From the NCBI GenBank assembly GCA_002840365.1, contig PHAO01000001.1, forward strand, positions 239,242-303,241: a DNA stretch of 64,000 nt, in the 5' to 3' direction. Shown in pieces: positions 39,274-50,704 of this stretch (position 1 is its first letter; the number at the start of each line of letters is the position of its first letter). Below the pieces are notes generated by a model. The model saw only the letters and a program-made list of their open reading frames with translations, searched no databases and was not told the origin of the DNA. The DNA is from Candidatus Dojkabacteria bacterium HGW-Dojkabacteria-1. GTDB lineage: Bacteria; Patescibacteriota; Dojkabacteria; SC72. A program made the translations under genes and the position numbers.

Positions 39274-41921
39274 ATGAGAAAACTTGCCTACCCTTCATTC
39301 ATGTTTTTGTTTACAGCATTAATACTTTTTCTTTTTTACCATCAAAGGTGCATGCCCAGTATTCTGGATTAGGAAGTGGAACTATAGAATTACCATACGT
39401 AATTACAACATGTTCCCAATTACAGGAGATAGGGGATGATCCCACAGCTCACTATGTCTTAGGTAATGACATATATTGTGAAGAGAGTGAGTTATGGAAT
39501 GATGGTAATGGTTTTATACCTATTGGTGGAGGGCAGGATTTCTGGGGAACTTTAGATGGAAATAGTTTCACCATATATGATTTGTATATTAACAGACCCG
39601 AAGAGAATAATATTGGATTATTTCATACGATTGAGGGTGGAGAAGTGAAGAATTTAACACTTGAGAGAGCATATGTTAGAGGCAACGGCAGAGTTGGGGC
39701 TTTAGCAGGACAATCATCAGATGGAGATTATTTTAATATTTCAGTTATCGATTCAATTGTTATATCAGAAGATATCTATTTTGGAAGTAATGTCGGAGGA
39801 ATTGTAGGATTTAGTGAAGATAGTATTACTATTGAAAATTGTAGTTTTAATGGGACAGTAACAGGATACAATTATGTAGGAGGTCTTCTAGGAAATGGCT
39901 ATGGAGGAGGATCAGAAATATATATTATTGATTCGTATAATGAGGGAGTTATTTCTGGTAAAAGTGGTGTAGGTGGATTAGTAGGAGTTTCAAGTTATAT
40001 TCACGAGATATCTAATTCCTACAACACTGGTTCTGTTGTCGGTTTCTACAGAGTAGGTGGATTGGTAGGTTACTCACAGTATGATATTTCAATCACGGAT
40101 TCATACAATGAGGGTAGTATTTCTGGTTACTATCGTGTAGGAGGATTAGTAGGTGGTGTTGAGGAGAAGGTGACAATATTAAGATCGTACAATGAAGGCC
40201 CGATTTCTTCCCTTTTAGAAAATTATGATCCTGAAGAGTATGATTTACCTTCGTGGATAGATCAATATGTCTGTGTAGGTGGATTAGTAGGTGCAGCTTG
40301 GAAGAGTGATATTTCCAAGTCATATAATCTTGGTAATATGCAAGCATTGGGTGGTTCTAGGTCAGTTGGTGGTATTTTAGGTTGCGGAGGTTTAGTAGAT
40401 ATACAAGAGACTTACAATAAAGGTGATATAGAAACGGAATTAACAATTTCAAGGATGGTTTCAATAGATGGAGTTGGTGGTCTGGTAGGTATGGCAATTA
40501 ATATGAAGCTTATGAACACATATAATGCGGGGAATTTAAGTGTCAGCTATTGGAATGATTGTACAGAATATTTTACAGATGGCTATTTATATTTTTCATG
40601 TGGCTATTTCCCTTTCAGTGGCGGTTTAGTTGGTACCTCTATGGTTTCCTCTGTTAGAAATTCATATAACAGAGGTGATATTACTATTGCTGAGAGTCAG
40701 GAAGAATTAGCCGAAGGGGGAGTAGGTGGGTTATTTGGGCTTCTTCTAATGGATGAGTGGATGATAAATGATATAGTTAATAATTTTGAGAAGGATTTTG
40801 TAGAGAGAGTTACAACATATATAGCCGAATTAATTAATAATTTCGCAGTAGGATTAATAACAAACCTTTACACAGGGGATAATGTCTTTGTAGGAGGATT
40901 AGTGGGTATGTTTTTTGCAGGTAATTGTACAGATAATAACTGTGTAGATGAGTATATTAATTTTCAAAATAATTGGTGGTTTAATGGTATAACCAAAGCA
41001 ATAGGTACAGTGGTTGGAGATATCTTCAGTATTCCTCAAATGTATTCAGAAGAGCAAGAGGAAGGTAGGTTTGAAAGAGCAAGTACAATGGAAATATTTA
41101 AGACCTATTCACACAAGGTATACAATACTGATCCTGAATGGGATTTTAATACAATATGGAATTCGGTATATGATGGTAAAGGTTATCCAGTATTAGGAAT
41201 ACAAAGCTTGGTGATGCCTTCTGCACCTGTCGCTAGTGTTGTTTCTGGAACATATTCTAGTGGTTTTAATGTATCTCTTTCATCTTCAGCCAGTACAATT
41301 AGATATACAATAAATGGAATAAATCCATCATGTAGTACAGGAATAATATATACAGGTTTAATACCAATATCTTCATCCTCTGTGATTAAAGCTATTGGTT
41401 GTTCAGATGATGTTTCTTCTTCTCTTTCTGAGTTTACATACATCATATTGCCAAGTGGTCCAACACCAGATACAACACCGTCTTTAACAACTTTAATAAA
41501 GAGAAAGATATATACTCCTCCAACTGTGTTGGAGAATTTAGAATCAAGTAGTGAAGTACAAGAAGAGAAAGAGGAAACGAAGGTAGAAGAGAGTAAAGAA
41601 GTAGTATTTAGAATAAAGATTGTAGATGAGAAAGGTAATGCCTTGGTAGGTGCAAAGGTTATCTTTGAGGGTAAGGAGTATATTACTGATATGAATGGAG
41701 AAATAAGGGTTAATGGAATAGAGAGTGGTGAGTATGTATTAAAGATTACTCATGATGGTAAGGAGTATGAACAGGGGGTTGTTTTAGGGAATTCTAACCT
41801 TGTAACTGAGGTAATATTAGAAGATACAGAAAAGAAAGATTTCCCGTGGTGGGTAGTAATAGCTGTGGGTAGTGTATTACTAGTTACAGGAGTATATGCA
41901 TTTAGGAAGAAACAGATTTAG
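39274..41921 (+). CDS. GLUG-repeat surface protein with C-terminal TM; frameshifted in signal peptide
   Basis: GSGT..PYVI, repeated SYN.G...VGGLVG, IRYTING..P, C-terminal TM+RKK; ATG 39274 is one base out of frame with the ORF at 39348. Confidence 0.75.
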
Positions 41922-42149
41922 TATTTTTATCCTTTCTTTATACAAAGGTTTTGCTTACTAAAGCATTCTAATATATATTATAGGGATGAGAATAGAGAAG
42001 ACCTTCAATCCCCAACGTTTGAAAATACTCCTCAAGTATCACAGGGTATTACTGATTCAGGAAACAATCAAGATTAGTAATCCTAAAAAAATAATCTTTT
42101 CGTCTCCGGTCCATCTTCCTTTAATATTTATACGAAAGTATAATCATTT

Positions 42150-42875
42150 ATGGTTACCTTTAAAGTCGATAAAGAATATGTATTTCAAGAATTAAAATCT
42201 CTTCTTAATGACGATTCTGTTTTTAAAGATGAAGTATTTGAAGTTCTTGAAAAAGATTTTCCTGAGTTAGTAAAGGAGTATAAATCTAATCCTTCAGATG
42301 AGGTAATAAAGAGGTATTTAAATCTAGTTATTGATAATTCTGTAGAGGAATACAAAGTAGAACTAGAGAAGTATTGGAGACAGTATGAGAGTAATATATT
42401 ATCAGCCCTATTTGAGATAACTGGAGTATCAATAGATACAGATATTACATGCTACTTAAGGAACATACATTGGTATCCAAGAGATATTGATAAACAAGAA
42501 TTTGCACTTTGTGCTCAGGATTCCTTGTTTAACAGTATGTCTACTATGATCCATGAGATCACGCATTTTTACTACTTTAAAAAATGGGAGGAAGTATTTC
42601 CTGATATACCAAAAGAACAATATGAAGCACCTCACCCATATTGGCATTTAAGTGAATTAATGGCATATGTTATTGATAACGATATTAGAATAAGAGGAAT
42701 TAGCTATACTACATGGATACAATCAGAGTATGCTTATCAATGGTTTGATAATGAAGGAAAGATATCTATTCAGGGATATTTTGATAGGTTGTATAATGAA
42801 AACATTACAGATTTCAAAGAATTCCTGTTGAAGGCTAAAAAAGTTGTTGATGAGAATCCTGGACTTTTTGAGTAG
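42150..42875 (+). CDS. Hypothetical protein with HExxH (zincin-like) motif
   Basis: IHEITH and downstream LSE. Confidence 0.55.
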   Translation: MVTFKVDKEYVFQELKSLLNDDSVFKDEVFEVLEKDFPELVKEYKSNPSDEVIKRYLNLVIDNSVEEYKVELEKYWRQYESNILSALFEITGVSIDTDITCYLRNIHWYPRDIDKQEFALCAQDSLFNSMSTMIHEITHFYYFKKWEEVFPDIPKEQYEAPHPYWHLSELMAYVIDNDIRIRGISYTTWIQSEYAYQWFDNEGKISIQGYFDRLYNENITDFKEFLLKAKKVVDENPGLFE

Positions 42876-42930
42876 AGATTGGAATTGGGAGGAAAATTAG
42901 TTTAGAACCAAAAAGAAAAGCAGGAAATTT

Positions 42931-43446
42931 TTATACTTTTTCATTCCCAATTATCTGATATATATCATTCCGAATTTTCCCAATATTGTTTACATCTGTA
43001 CTTTGTATCCTAAGTAGAGGCATATTGGCTTCTTGAAAGATTCTTTCTACTAAATTATCTCTATCTCTCCTATCATTTCTTGAGTGGGAGATATCATCTA
43101 ATTCTATTGCTAAAAGGGGTGAAAGATATACTTTGTCACAGATTACATAGTCTATAGATTTTCTTTGTATATGGCTTAGAGCCCCTTTCCAGTCTTGTCC
43201 TATTACTTTGTTATCTAATATTGAATCTAAATGTATCTGTGGAAATATGTAATATCGGTTATCTAACAGTTGGTTTAAGGTCTTAAAGAGATCGGATTCC
43301 GCTTTTGTTAATAGGTACTTCTTTCTAGTATATTGATATATTTTTTTGGTTTTATACCTATTTTTCTTTTTTATTAATGATGAAACTACAGAGAGTAATG
43401 CAAAGATAGGGATGAGGATTAGGATGTATATTATGAAGGTATCCAT
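42931..43446 (-). CDS. DUF2726 domain membrane protein
   Basis: LLTKAE..F, IFPQI.L, DYVICD, AIELDD.SH...RD. Confidence 0.85.
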   Translation of the reverse strand: MDTFIIYILILIPIFALLSVVSSLIKKKNRYKTKKIYQYTRKKYLLTKAESDLFKTLNQLLDNRYYIFPQIHLDSILDNKVIGQDWKGALSHIQRKSIDYVICDKVYLSPLLAIELDDISHSRNDRRDRDNLVERIFQEANMPLLRIQSTDVNNIGKIRNDIYQIIGNEKV

Positions 43447-43472
43447 GTTAATAGTATATATTGTTGTTTAGA

Positions 43473-44054
43473 TTATTCAAAACTTTTAAAAATTTCTTTG
43501 TAAAAGGAAAATTTTGAAGAAACATTATTATTTAAAACCTCTAGAGTGTGCCCAAGCATCTGATAATTAACAGAGAGTATCGCATCCTCACTTAATAAAG
43601 GATAATCCTTCTTTAAGTTTGTCCAATCAAGAGATTCTGCATTTACATGGCTAAAACTATGAGTGATTTTTACTACCTTATTGTAGTATTCTTTTGAAAA
43701 TCCAACCTCTAACATTCTCTCCCCAAGGTTACTTTTTGTCCATCTCTTCCCGAATCCAAAATCATCTTTGGAGATATCTACGAGATATTCCTTTATTCTC
43801 GTTTCAAAATTTTTATTTAAAATCCATTTTAAATTTACGGTATTTTCTATTAAAGATCTTAGTAAGATGGCTGCTTCCTGAGTAAAATTCTTCTCACATA
43901 ATAAAAGAATTGCCCCAGTAATATGAAATGAATTATAAGAGAGGCTGTGGATTAAAATATTTTTAGGAGTTTTTTCATAATTTCTTCCGATTTCGTCGAA
44001 GACAGAGTCCGTTTTTTTAATAGTATCAACAATTACACTTCTATATTGTCTCAT
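43473..44054 (-). CDS. DUF5677/HEPN-like hypothetical protein
   Basis: AAILLRSLIEN and Y......HSFSH pattern; overlaps the R-M gene end. Confidence 0.45.
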   Translation of the reverse strand: MRQYRSVIVDTIKKTDSVFDEIGRNYEKTPKNILIHSLSYNSFHITGAILLLCEKNFTQEAAILLRSLIENTVNLKWILNKNFETRIKEYLVDISKDDFGFGKRWTKSNLGERMLEVGFSKEYYNKVVKITHSFSHVNAESLDWTNLKKDYPLLSEDAILSVNYQMLGHTLEVLNNNVSSKFSFYKEIFKSFE

Positions 44055-47000
44055 TTTTTATATTTTTATCAATTTCTTTCATAATCCTATCTGTTTTTTC
44101 TAGAATTACTATTATTTTTTGATAATGCTCTATGTCTATGTTAGTTAATTCTATTCCTCTTCTATCCTTTAACCATTTTTGTGCAGGCTGATAACCACCT
44201 ATATAGAAATTCCATGCAATTTCAGACACATTTCCAAAGTATTGGGTATCATTAATATAGACATTGCTGTTTTTGTATCTTATTTTTTCTACAACATCAG
44301 ATCCACTAATAGGATATGTAGTTATATATTTATTAATTTTTGATGATTCCATTAAATGTAATTCTCTTAGTTTTGTTCCTATCTTTACTAATTTCTTAAA
44401 AGATTCTTTGTCTTTAGGGTATGGTACTCTAGGAAAATCTATCTTTAAGAATTCTTTGTATTTCTCCCTATATTTAGGACTATGTAATACTGCATATATA
44501 TAATCAAAGATATCTTCTGGTGTAGTTTTACCAACTATTTCCTCTATTTTTTTCACTATTTCGGTATTCAAGTTTGGTGTTTTAGTACCATCGTCGGAAT
44601 AGAGGTAGAGTGGGAAGACATAGCTATTATCTAATGGGGAGCAAATAGCCTTATCAGTTATATCCTTTGTCACAAAGTAACAATGAAATGGGCTTCGGTC
44701 TCTTTTTGTGCTATTTAGAACGAAATTAGGCTTTTCGAGAATATGTTTCATAACTGCATGTCGAGGATTGAAAACAATGTTCTTATGATAATAAATAAAT
44801 CTGTTATCAAAAATCCTGTAAGAGTATGTCTTAATCAAATCTTCCCTATATGTTTTTCCTCCTTTTCTTGTGTCAGATAATTTCCAAAGAGCGTTGTCTT
44901 GGAGTGAATATTTTGATTTAATTTCTTCATCTGTTAGGTTAGGATCATAGAAGTCTTTAATCTTTTTCTCTAAGTTATTTTTGTTTGTATTTACAGCATA
45001 ATTGTCCTTTGCGGTAGTAATACCCATACTGTGAACTTTAAAAAATTCTTGCAATGAAATTCCTCTGTTATATTCATTTATATTTTCATAATTTTTTTCC
45101 TCAAAGAAGTAGTAAGGTTCTTGATACTTTATTTGTAGAAAAGGAGTAGATCCAATTTTGAGTGAATTTAACTCTCTTAATTTCTTTTCTCTAGTTCCCC
45201 AGATATCATATCTAAATATTTTTCCTAATTCATTAGATTTTTTCTTGTTTGTTTTTATACCAATAAATATTGCTACTCCAGGTTGAATATCAAAAACATT
45301 TTCATCTTTACTTCCATCTGGACTAATATCTTTTGTCTTTGTATTTCCATGCAAATCTATTATGTAGATTTTGTCAAAGGTTTTAAGTAAACTCCATCTC
45401 ATACCCCTAAAGGTGGGATTTTCTAAGTAACCATGGTTTGTTATGAAGGCAACAATTCCAGAATTATTCTTTTCAATGAAATTCTCTGCTAAGCCAAAAA
45501 ATTTTACATAATCATCATTTAGCCAATGTTTTTTTTCTTTTAATTTCTCATCTCCTCCTGGCTCAACTTTGTATTTATTAATTATACTCTTCGCATAAGG
45601 AGTTTCGTTTGAGGAAACTCCGCTATAAGGAGGATTTCCTATTACCACCATAACGGAAGTGTTTCTCTTAATCTTTTCTGCTTCCTTAGATTCTTCGGTA
45701 ATACTTTCTGCAAAACCAAAAGAAAATAGACCTTCTTGTTTAATCCCTTGTTCTAAGGCATTTGTTAAATAAATACCTAATCTTTTATTAAAATGTATAA
45801 AGCCAGTCTTTTTAAATGCAATACTTAGCTTAAGGTGAGCTATGGTATATGGAGCCATCATTAATTCAAAAGCATGAATACGAGGTAAAAGATCATGATG
45901 AACATATGAAGGCCACCGGCCTTTTTGACCAGAATCTAAAATATTTTTATAAATGAGGTTTATAACTGCACTAATAAAAGTCCCTGTTCCAGTGGCAGGA
46001 TCCAATACTTGAACAGTATGTTTTCCATCTGCAGATTTTGAAGTATCTGCTAAACCATTGTGAAGATTAAAATCTTTTTTGAGAATGGTATCTACTGAAG
46101 TCACGATGAAATTCACAACGGGGAGGGGTGTATAGTATGCCCCCATTCTTTTTCTTAAAGCAGGATCATACTCTTGAAGGAAGTCTTCGTAAAAATGTAT
46201 CACAGGATCTTTACCATCTTTTTTTTCAAAGTATTCCTCAAGTAGATTTTTTACATCAGCATGAGAGAAAATTTGGCAAAGTTCATCTACAATATATTCC
46301 AATCTTTTATCGAAATTAGGTCCTGCTATATGATCGAAAAAATGCATTAGTAAGGGATTGGATTGGGGTACTAAATCTCTTGCTTCCTGCCTTGTAAAAC
46401 GATCTTGAGATTCATCGTTATATCTTGCTGCGAATAAGCCGTAGACCAATGTCTGGGCATACATATCCGCAAAAGATTCTACAGTTAGATCGCTTACTAA
46501 AAGTTTCTTAATCATTTCATAGACTCTCGCAATTTCTGTTCCTTCTTTTAAGAATTCTTTAACATTATCTCTTATTCTTTGTGCTTTCCCCGCCATTATT
46601 TTTGAGAGGTGAGCTCCCGATTTAATTGGTTCTTTGTATGATTTTGAGAAATCAACGAGCGTCTTTTCTAAAAGGACATAGTTATCGGGGATAGAAGATA
46701 TTGTTTTTGTTTTTTTATCGACATTTCCAATTTTAATAGGTTCCTGATATAAAAGACCATTTCTGTAAAAGCGAAATTCTAGATAATCAGTTAATACAAG
46801 ATTTGCATATCCATAGTACCTAGCCATTTGCTCAGATTTTTCTATCTTGTCTAAAGATACTCCTAAATCCTTTGTTTCCATGTATAAGATAGGGATTTCC
46901 CCATTAAAAATAACAAAGTCTGGTTTATTTTTATCCTCGGTTTTAGCCTCTTGCCTTATTTTTCTTACTTCAATTCGATTAAAAATTTCCTGTAGTAGAT

Positions 47001-47094
47001 TCTGTATTGGTGTTCTATATGAATACTCTGTTCCTTTTTCACTTTTGTATATTTCAGATATGGAAGAAAGATATTTTTCGAAGGTTTGTTGCAT
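44041..47094 (-). CDS. Single-chain restriction-modification enzyme (Type IIG / ISP-like, N6-adenine MTase)
   Basis: KPDF...METK nuclease motif, GAYYTP, LDPATGTGTF, IGNPPYS, DENVFDIQ, IGGYQPAQKWLKDR. Confidence 0.9.
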   Translation of the reverse strand: MQQTFEKYLSSISEIYKSEKGTEYSYRTPIQNLLQEIFNRIEVRKIRQEAKTEDKNKPDFVIFNGEIPILYMETKDLGVSLDKIEKSEQMARYYGYANLVLTDYLEFRFYRNGLLYQEPIKIGNVDKKTKTISSIPDNYVLLEKTLVDFSKSYKEPIKSGAHLSKIMAGKAQRIRDNVKEFLKEGTEIARVYEMIKKLLVSDLTVESFADMYAQTLVYGLFAARYNDESQDRFTRQEARDLVPQSNPLLMHFFDHIAGPNFDKRLEYIVDELCQIFSHADVKNLLEEYFEKKDGKDPVIHFYEDFLQEYDPALRKRMGAYYTPLPVVNFIVTSVDTILKKDFNLHNGLADTSKSADGKHTVQVLDPATGTGTFISAVINLIYKNILDSGQKGRWPSYVHHDLLPRIHAFELMMAPYTIAHLKLSIAFKKTGFIHFNKRLGIYLTNALEQGIKQEGLFSFGFAESITEESKEAEKIKRNTSVMVVIGNPPYSGVSSNETPYAKSIINKYKVEPGGDEKLKEKKHWLNDDYVKFFGLAENFIEKNNSGIVAFITNHGYLENPTFRGMRWSLLKTFDKIYIIDLHGNTKTKDISPDGSKDENVFDIQPGVAIFIGIKTNKKKSNELGKIFRYDIWGTREKKLRELNSLKIGSTPFLQIKYQEPYYFFEEKNYENINEYNRGISLQEFFKVHSMGITTAKDNYAVNTNKNNLEKKIKDFYDPNLTDEEIKSKYSLQDNALWKLSDTRKGGKTYREDLIKTYSYRIFDNRFIYYHKNIVFNPRHAVMKHILEKPNFVLNSTKRDRSPFHCYFVTKDITDKAICSPLDNSYVFPLYLYSDDGTKTPNLNTEIVKKIEEIVGKTTPEDIFDYIYAVLHSPKYREKYKEFLKIDFPRVPYPKDKESFKKLVKIGTKLRELHLMESSKINKYITTYPISGSDVVEKIRYKNSNVYINDTQYFGNVSEIAWNFYIGGYQPAQKWLKDRRGIELTNIDIEHYQKIIVILEKTDRIMKEIDKNIKNETI

Positions 47095-47172
47095 TAACTT
47101 TTGTTAGAATTGTTAAGTTAGCTTATAGAATTTTACATTTTCTTAGTTTTTATAACAAGGGAAGAAAAGTAG

Positions 47173-48171
47173 TTATTCTTCTTTCTTTGGATATTTTTTT
47201 AGCATTTTTGATAACAACAGAAGGGTTATTTCTATTGCAATATTTCTAGATAAACGGAAATATTCCTTATTTGAAACAAAAGAATGCCCTCCCTCTTTAT
47301 GAAGAACTCCGACAAAGGAGGTTATTAGGTCATCGTCTCTATCCGATAATTCTAATTTTATTTTAAGATATCGCCTATAACGTGCAATATCTCGCAAATT
47401 TTTTCCTTCAGGGTCTTTATATTTCGGAATATTATCTCCTTCAACTGAAGAGATTCTTTTTGCTATATCTTGAACCAAATCACTGAAAAAAGATCGGAAA
47501 TCATTAATTAAACCTGCTGATATGCTACGACTTTTTGTGTTAAGATGTTCGTCTATCTCAGTTAAAAATTCGTTATATTTCTCATCTAAGTCGATATATT
47601 TTATTATTCTTTTTACCTCTTTTACATCTTTGTTAATTTCAATATTTACTGCTCTAAGTTCACCTTTTAATCCTATGATTGAGAGATCAATTAACTTTTG
47701 TAAGACTTCTTCCTTAAAATTGTTCAAATCTTGAAAAAATTCGTGAACGAGTATCTTCTTTAGAGATAATCTTAAATCAAACAATTCATCAGTTGAGAGA
47801 GAAATGAGATTCTCTTCGAGTATTAGGTCAATGAAAGAGAAAATATTGGAAGATTCATTACTTAGATTGTTATAAAGACTTGATTGAATATGTTCTAAAA
47901 CCTTGTCTTTGTGTCCAAGATTAAATAACGTCCATGATCTAATGGGCAAAGTGTTTATATCATATCTTGAAAGTAGTAGCTTAACAAAAGAGCTTCTTAG
48001 TTCTACGTTGGTTTCCTCGATAGAGTGATATAGATCTTGTAAAATTTCGGAATTGGGATAAGAAAAATTGCTATCAGAATCAAGAAAGAAGGTGAATATT
48101 CTACTGTTGATATCGGAAATTTCCTTTGTTAAAACAATTTGAACTCTTTTTTCTAACTTTTCTTCATTCAT
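47173..48171 (-). CDS. Hypothetical protein, possible defence protein
   Basis: Start MNEEK just downstream of tRNA-Asp; helical C-terminus with LHKEGGH. Confidence 0.55.
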   Translation of the reverse strand: MNEEKLEKRVQIVLTKEISDINSRIFTFFLDSDSNFSYPNSEILQDLYHSIEETNVELRSSFVKLLLSRYDINTLPIRSWTLFNLGHKDKVLEHIQSSLYNNLSNESSNIFSFIDLILEENLISLSTDELFDLRLSLKKILVHEFFQDLNNFKEEVLQKLIDLSIIGLKGELRAVNIEINKDVKEVKRIIKYIDLDEKYNEFLTEIDEHLNTKSRSISAGLINDFRSFFSDLVQDIAKRISSVEGDNIPKYKDPEGKNLRDIARYRRYLKIKLELSDRDDDLITSFVGVLHKEGGHSFVSNKEYFRLSRNIAIEITLLLLSKMLKKYPKKEE

Positions 48172-48183
48172 TATTCTTGAAAA

Positions 48184-48260
48184 TGGCGGGGTGAACGGGA
48201 CTCGAACCCGCAACCTTTGCAGTGACAGTGCAATGCTCTAACCAGTTGAGCTACCACCCC
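48184..48260 (-). tRNA. tRNA-Asp(GUC)
   Basis: Anticodon arm TTGCA-CTGTCAC-TGCAA; ends GCCA. Confidence 0.96.
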
Positions 48261-48343
48261 AAAATGCTAAAAGAGTATATCAAACGTATATTAAAAATAC
48301 AATGTGATATAATTTTTGTATATAAATATATAAAGCCCCATAT

Positions 48344-49231
48344 ATGGATAATAATATACTCTCCTTAATAAGTAATTTCGCAGAAATTACCCTCTTTAAT
48401 GTAGATGAACAAGGAAGAATAAAGAAAGTAATACTAAATACCAAAGAAAATTTCAAAACAACAGGAGTTAAATATGTATTTGAGTTCTTTTCTAAAGAAG
48501 ATGCAGCTAGATTAATGGATATGCTAAGTGTAGGAATTGATCAAGAAAGAGAATACTTTCTCTTCAAAAGACAATTCAATATCCCTGACTATGCAGATGT
48601 AAGTGTAAGAACTATAAATGGAGAGATATATGTAGGATTCCAATTCTACAAAACCTCAAGAGAAAGAGAACTAACATTGGAAAGAAGAATCAATGAATTA
48701 AATACTGCTGCTAATACAGATCCAATGACTAAACTCCTTAACAGATATGGATATTGGGAAAGGGTAAAAGCGATACTTAACTGTGGAGACTCTGAAAGAA
48801 GGGTAGGTATATTGGTAGTAGATATAGACAAATTAAAGACCATTAACGATACAATGGGACACAAGACAGGAGACAAGGCAATTACACAGATAGGGGATTT
48901 AATATCATCCACTATACGTAATCGGGACATAGCGGTTAGATATGGAGGTGATGAGTTTGTAATAGTGGTTGAGGAGCTATCCGGAAGTAAGAGTACTGCA
49001 CATGGATTAGGTAGTAGACTTGTAAGAACTATTAATCAAAACAAAAAGAATTTCCTAACAACAACATCCATAGGGGTACATGTTACAAGAGTTGGAGATT
49101 TTGAAAAATATCTTAACAATGAAAACAAACTAAGAAAGGAATGGGACAAAGCAGTAGAGATTGCAGACAAAATGGCATACAAAGCTAAGGAAAATGGCCG
49201 TAACCAAGTACAATTCTCTAAGGAAGCTTAA
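48344..49231 (+). CDS. Diguanylate cyclase (GGDEF)
   Basis: TDPMTKLLNR, DIDKLKTINDTMGH..GD, RNRD I-site, RYGGDEF. Confidence 0.92.
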   Translation: MDNNILSLISNFAEITLFNVDEQGRIKKVILNTKENFKTTGVKYVFEFFSKEDAARLMDMLSVGIDQEREYFLFKRQFNIPDYADVSVRTINGEIYVGFQFYKTSRERELTLERRINELNTAANTDPMTKLLNRYGYWERVKAILNCGDSERRVGILVVDIDKLKTINDTMGHKTGDKAITQIGDLISSTIRNRDIAVRYGGDEFVIVVEELSGSKSTAHGLGSRLVRTINQNKKNFLTTTSIGVHVTRVGDFEKYLNNENKLRKEWDKAVEIADKMAYKAKENGRNQVQFSKEA

Positions 49232-49548
49232 GAATTCTTTTCAATTACATCAACAAAAGTCTCCTTATCCTGTAAACCAATCATTGTTTCTACCAATTCA
49301 CCATCTTTAAAAAGCATTACTGTTGGAATACTCATAATTCCATACTTAGCAGGGAACTCTCTCTCCTCATCTACATTCATCTTACAAACTTTAGCTTTCT
49401 CTTTAATCTCTTCTGCTAGTTCTTCAATGATAGGGCCTAACATTCTACATGGACCACACCATGGAGCCCAGAAATCTACTAATACTAATCCCTTTGCATC
49501 TAAAACTTCTTCTTGAAAGTTACTGTCTGTTACATGTACTAGAGCCAT
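49228..49548 (-). CDS. trxA: Thioredoxin
   Basis: DFWAPWCGPC, SIPT. Confidence 0.95.
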   Translation of the reverse strand: MALVHVTDSNFQEEVLDAKGLVLVDFWAPWCGPCRMLGPIIEELAEEIKEKAKVCKMNVDEEREFPAKYGIMSIPTVMLFKDGELVETMIGLQDKETFVDVIEKNS

Positions 49549-49612
49549 AATTGTAAACACTTAATTTAGCTTTGTAATAGGCAATTCTGCATATTCCTAG
49601 TATAATTATACC

Positions 49613-50704
49613 ATGAAAAGATTTAGATTAACTAACAATAACTGGGACGAAGCAATTAAAGAAGCAGTAAAGGTACTAAATGAAGGTGGGCTTGTAGTAT
49701 ATCCTACAGAAACCTGTTATGGTATTGCTGTAGATGCTACTAATGAGAGAGCATTAAGTAAGCTTCTCTCATACAAAACATTCAGAGGTTCCAAACCTAT
49801 CTCAGTAGCTGTAGCTAATAGAGAGATGGCAGAAAGGTATGTAGAAATAAATGAAATGGCAGAAAATATATACAAGAACTACTTACCAGGACCAATAACT
49901 GTGGTATCAATGAGTAAAGGAGTTCTTAAACCACCAGTTGTTTCTAAGCAAGATTCTACCGGTATTAGAATACCAGATTACAAATTTACACTTAAGTTGA
50001 TTGAATCTTTTGGAAGACCAATTACTGCGACCTCTGCAAATGTATCTTACAAACCACATCCATACAGTATTGATCAATTGATAAAGGATTTACCTAAGAA
50101 AAGTGAATCCCTTATTGATCTATTCTTAGATGATGGAGAACTACCAAAAAATGTACCATCTACAATATTAGATACCACTATGAATACTCTTACTGTACTA
50201 AGGGAAGGAAAGCTAAAATTTGAAGATGCAATTTTACAAAGTACTCTTTTGGAAGAGAAAATAACTAAGAAACCTGAACATACAAGTGATATGGGAGAGT
50301 CCTTTACTAAGGAATACCTAAAGGATTTAGAAGGTAGTGTTGTAATTGCATTAAGTGGAGAGCTAGGTGCTGGTAAAACTCAATTCACAAAAGGTATTGG
50401 AGTAGGACTTGGGGTAGAAGAGCTAGTTAATTCACCTACATATACAATCATAAATGAGTATGAATATGGTAGTAAGGTATTAGCACATATGGACACATGG
50501 AGACTCATGGATGAGGATGATTTAAACAGGTCTGGACTAATTGAGCATTTGGAGAAGGGTAACATTGTAGTAATAGAGTGGGCAGACAAATTCTACCAAG
50601 AGCTGGAAGGGATATGTCGCCAAAAAAACATCCCTATGTACAAAGTAACATTTAAATATATTTCACTTAAAGAAAGAGAGATAAAGATATATGGTACTAA
50701 CTAA
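49613..50704 (+). CDS. TsaC (YrdC/Sua5)-TsaE fusion, t6A biosynthesis
   Basis: YPTETCYG, PGPIT, TATSAN (TsaC); GELGAGKT, VNSPTY, HMDTWRL, IEWA (TsaE). Confidence 0.9.
   Translation: MKRFRLTNNNWDEAIKEAVKVLNEGGLVVYPTETCYGIAVDATNERALSKLLSYKTFRGSKPISVAVANREMAERYVEINEMAENIYKNYLPGPITVVSMSKGVLKPPVVSKQDSTGIRIPDYKFTLKLIESFGRPITATSANVSYKPHPYSIDQLIKDLPKKSESLIDLFLDDGELPKNVPSTILDTTMNTLTVLREGKLKFEDAILQSTLLEEKITKKPEHTSDMGESFTKEYLKDLEGSVVIALSGELGAGKTQFTKGIGVGLGVEELVNSPTYTIINEYEYGSKVLAHMDTWRLMDEDDLNRSGLIEHLEKGNIVVIEWADKFYQELEGICRQKNIPMYKVTFKYISLKEREIKIYGTN

Noticed and set aside
41986-42195. 69-aa ORF upstream of the HExxH gene
   Set aside because: It overlaps the next gene's promoter and start and has no recognisable features; possibly a remnant.
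48172-48213. N-terminal extension MRVRVPFTPPFSRI of ORF 47173-48213
   Set aside because: It is read from the tRNA-Asp T arm; the real start is probably ATG 48171.
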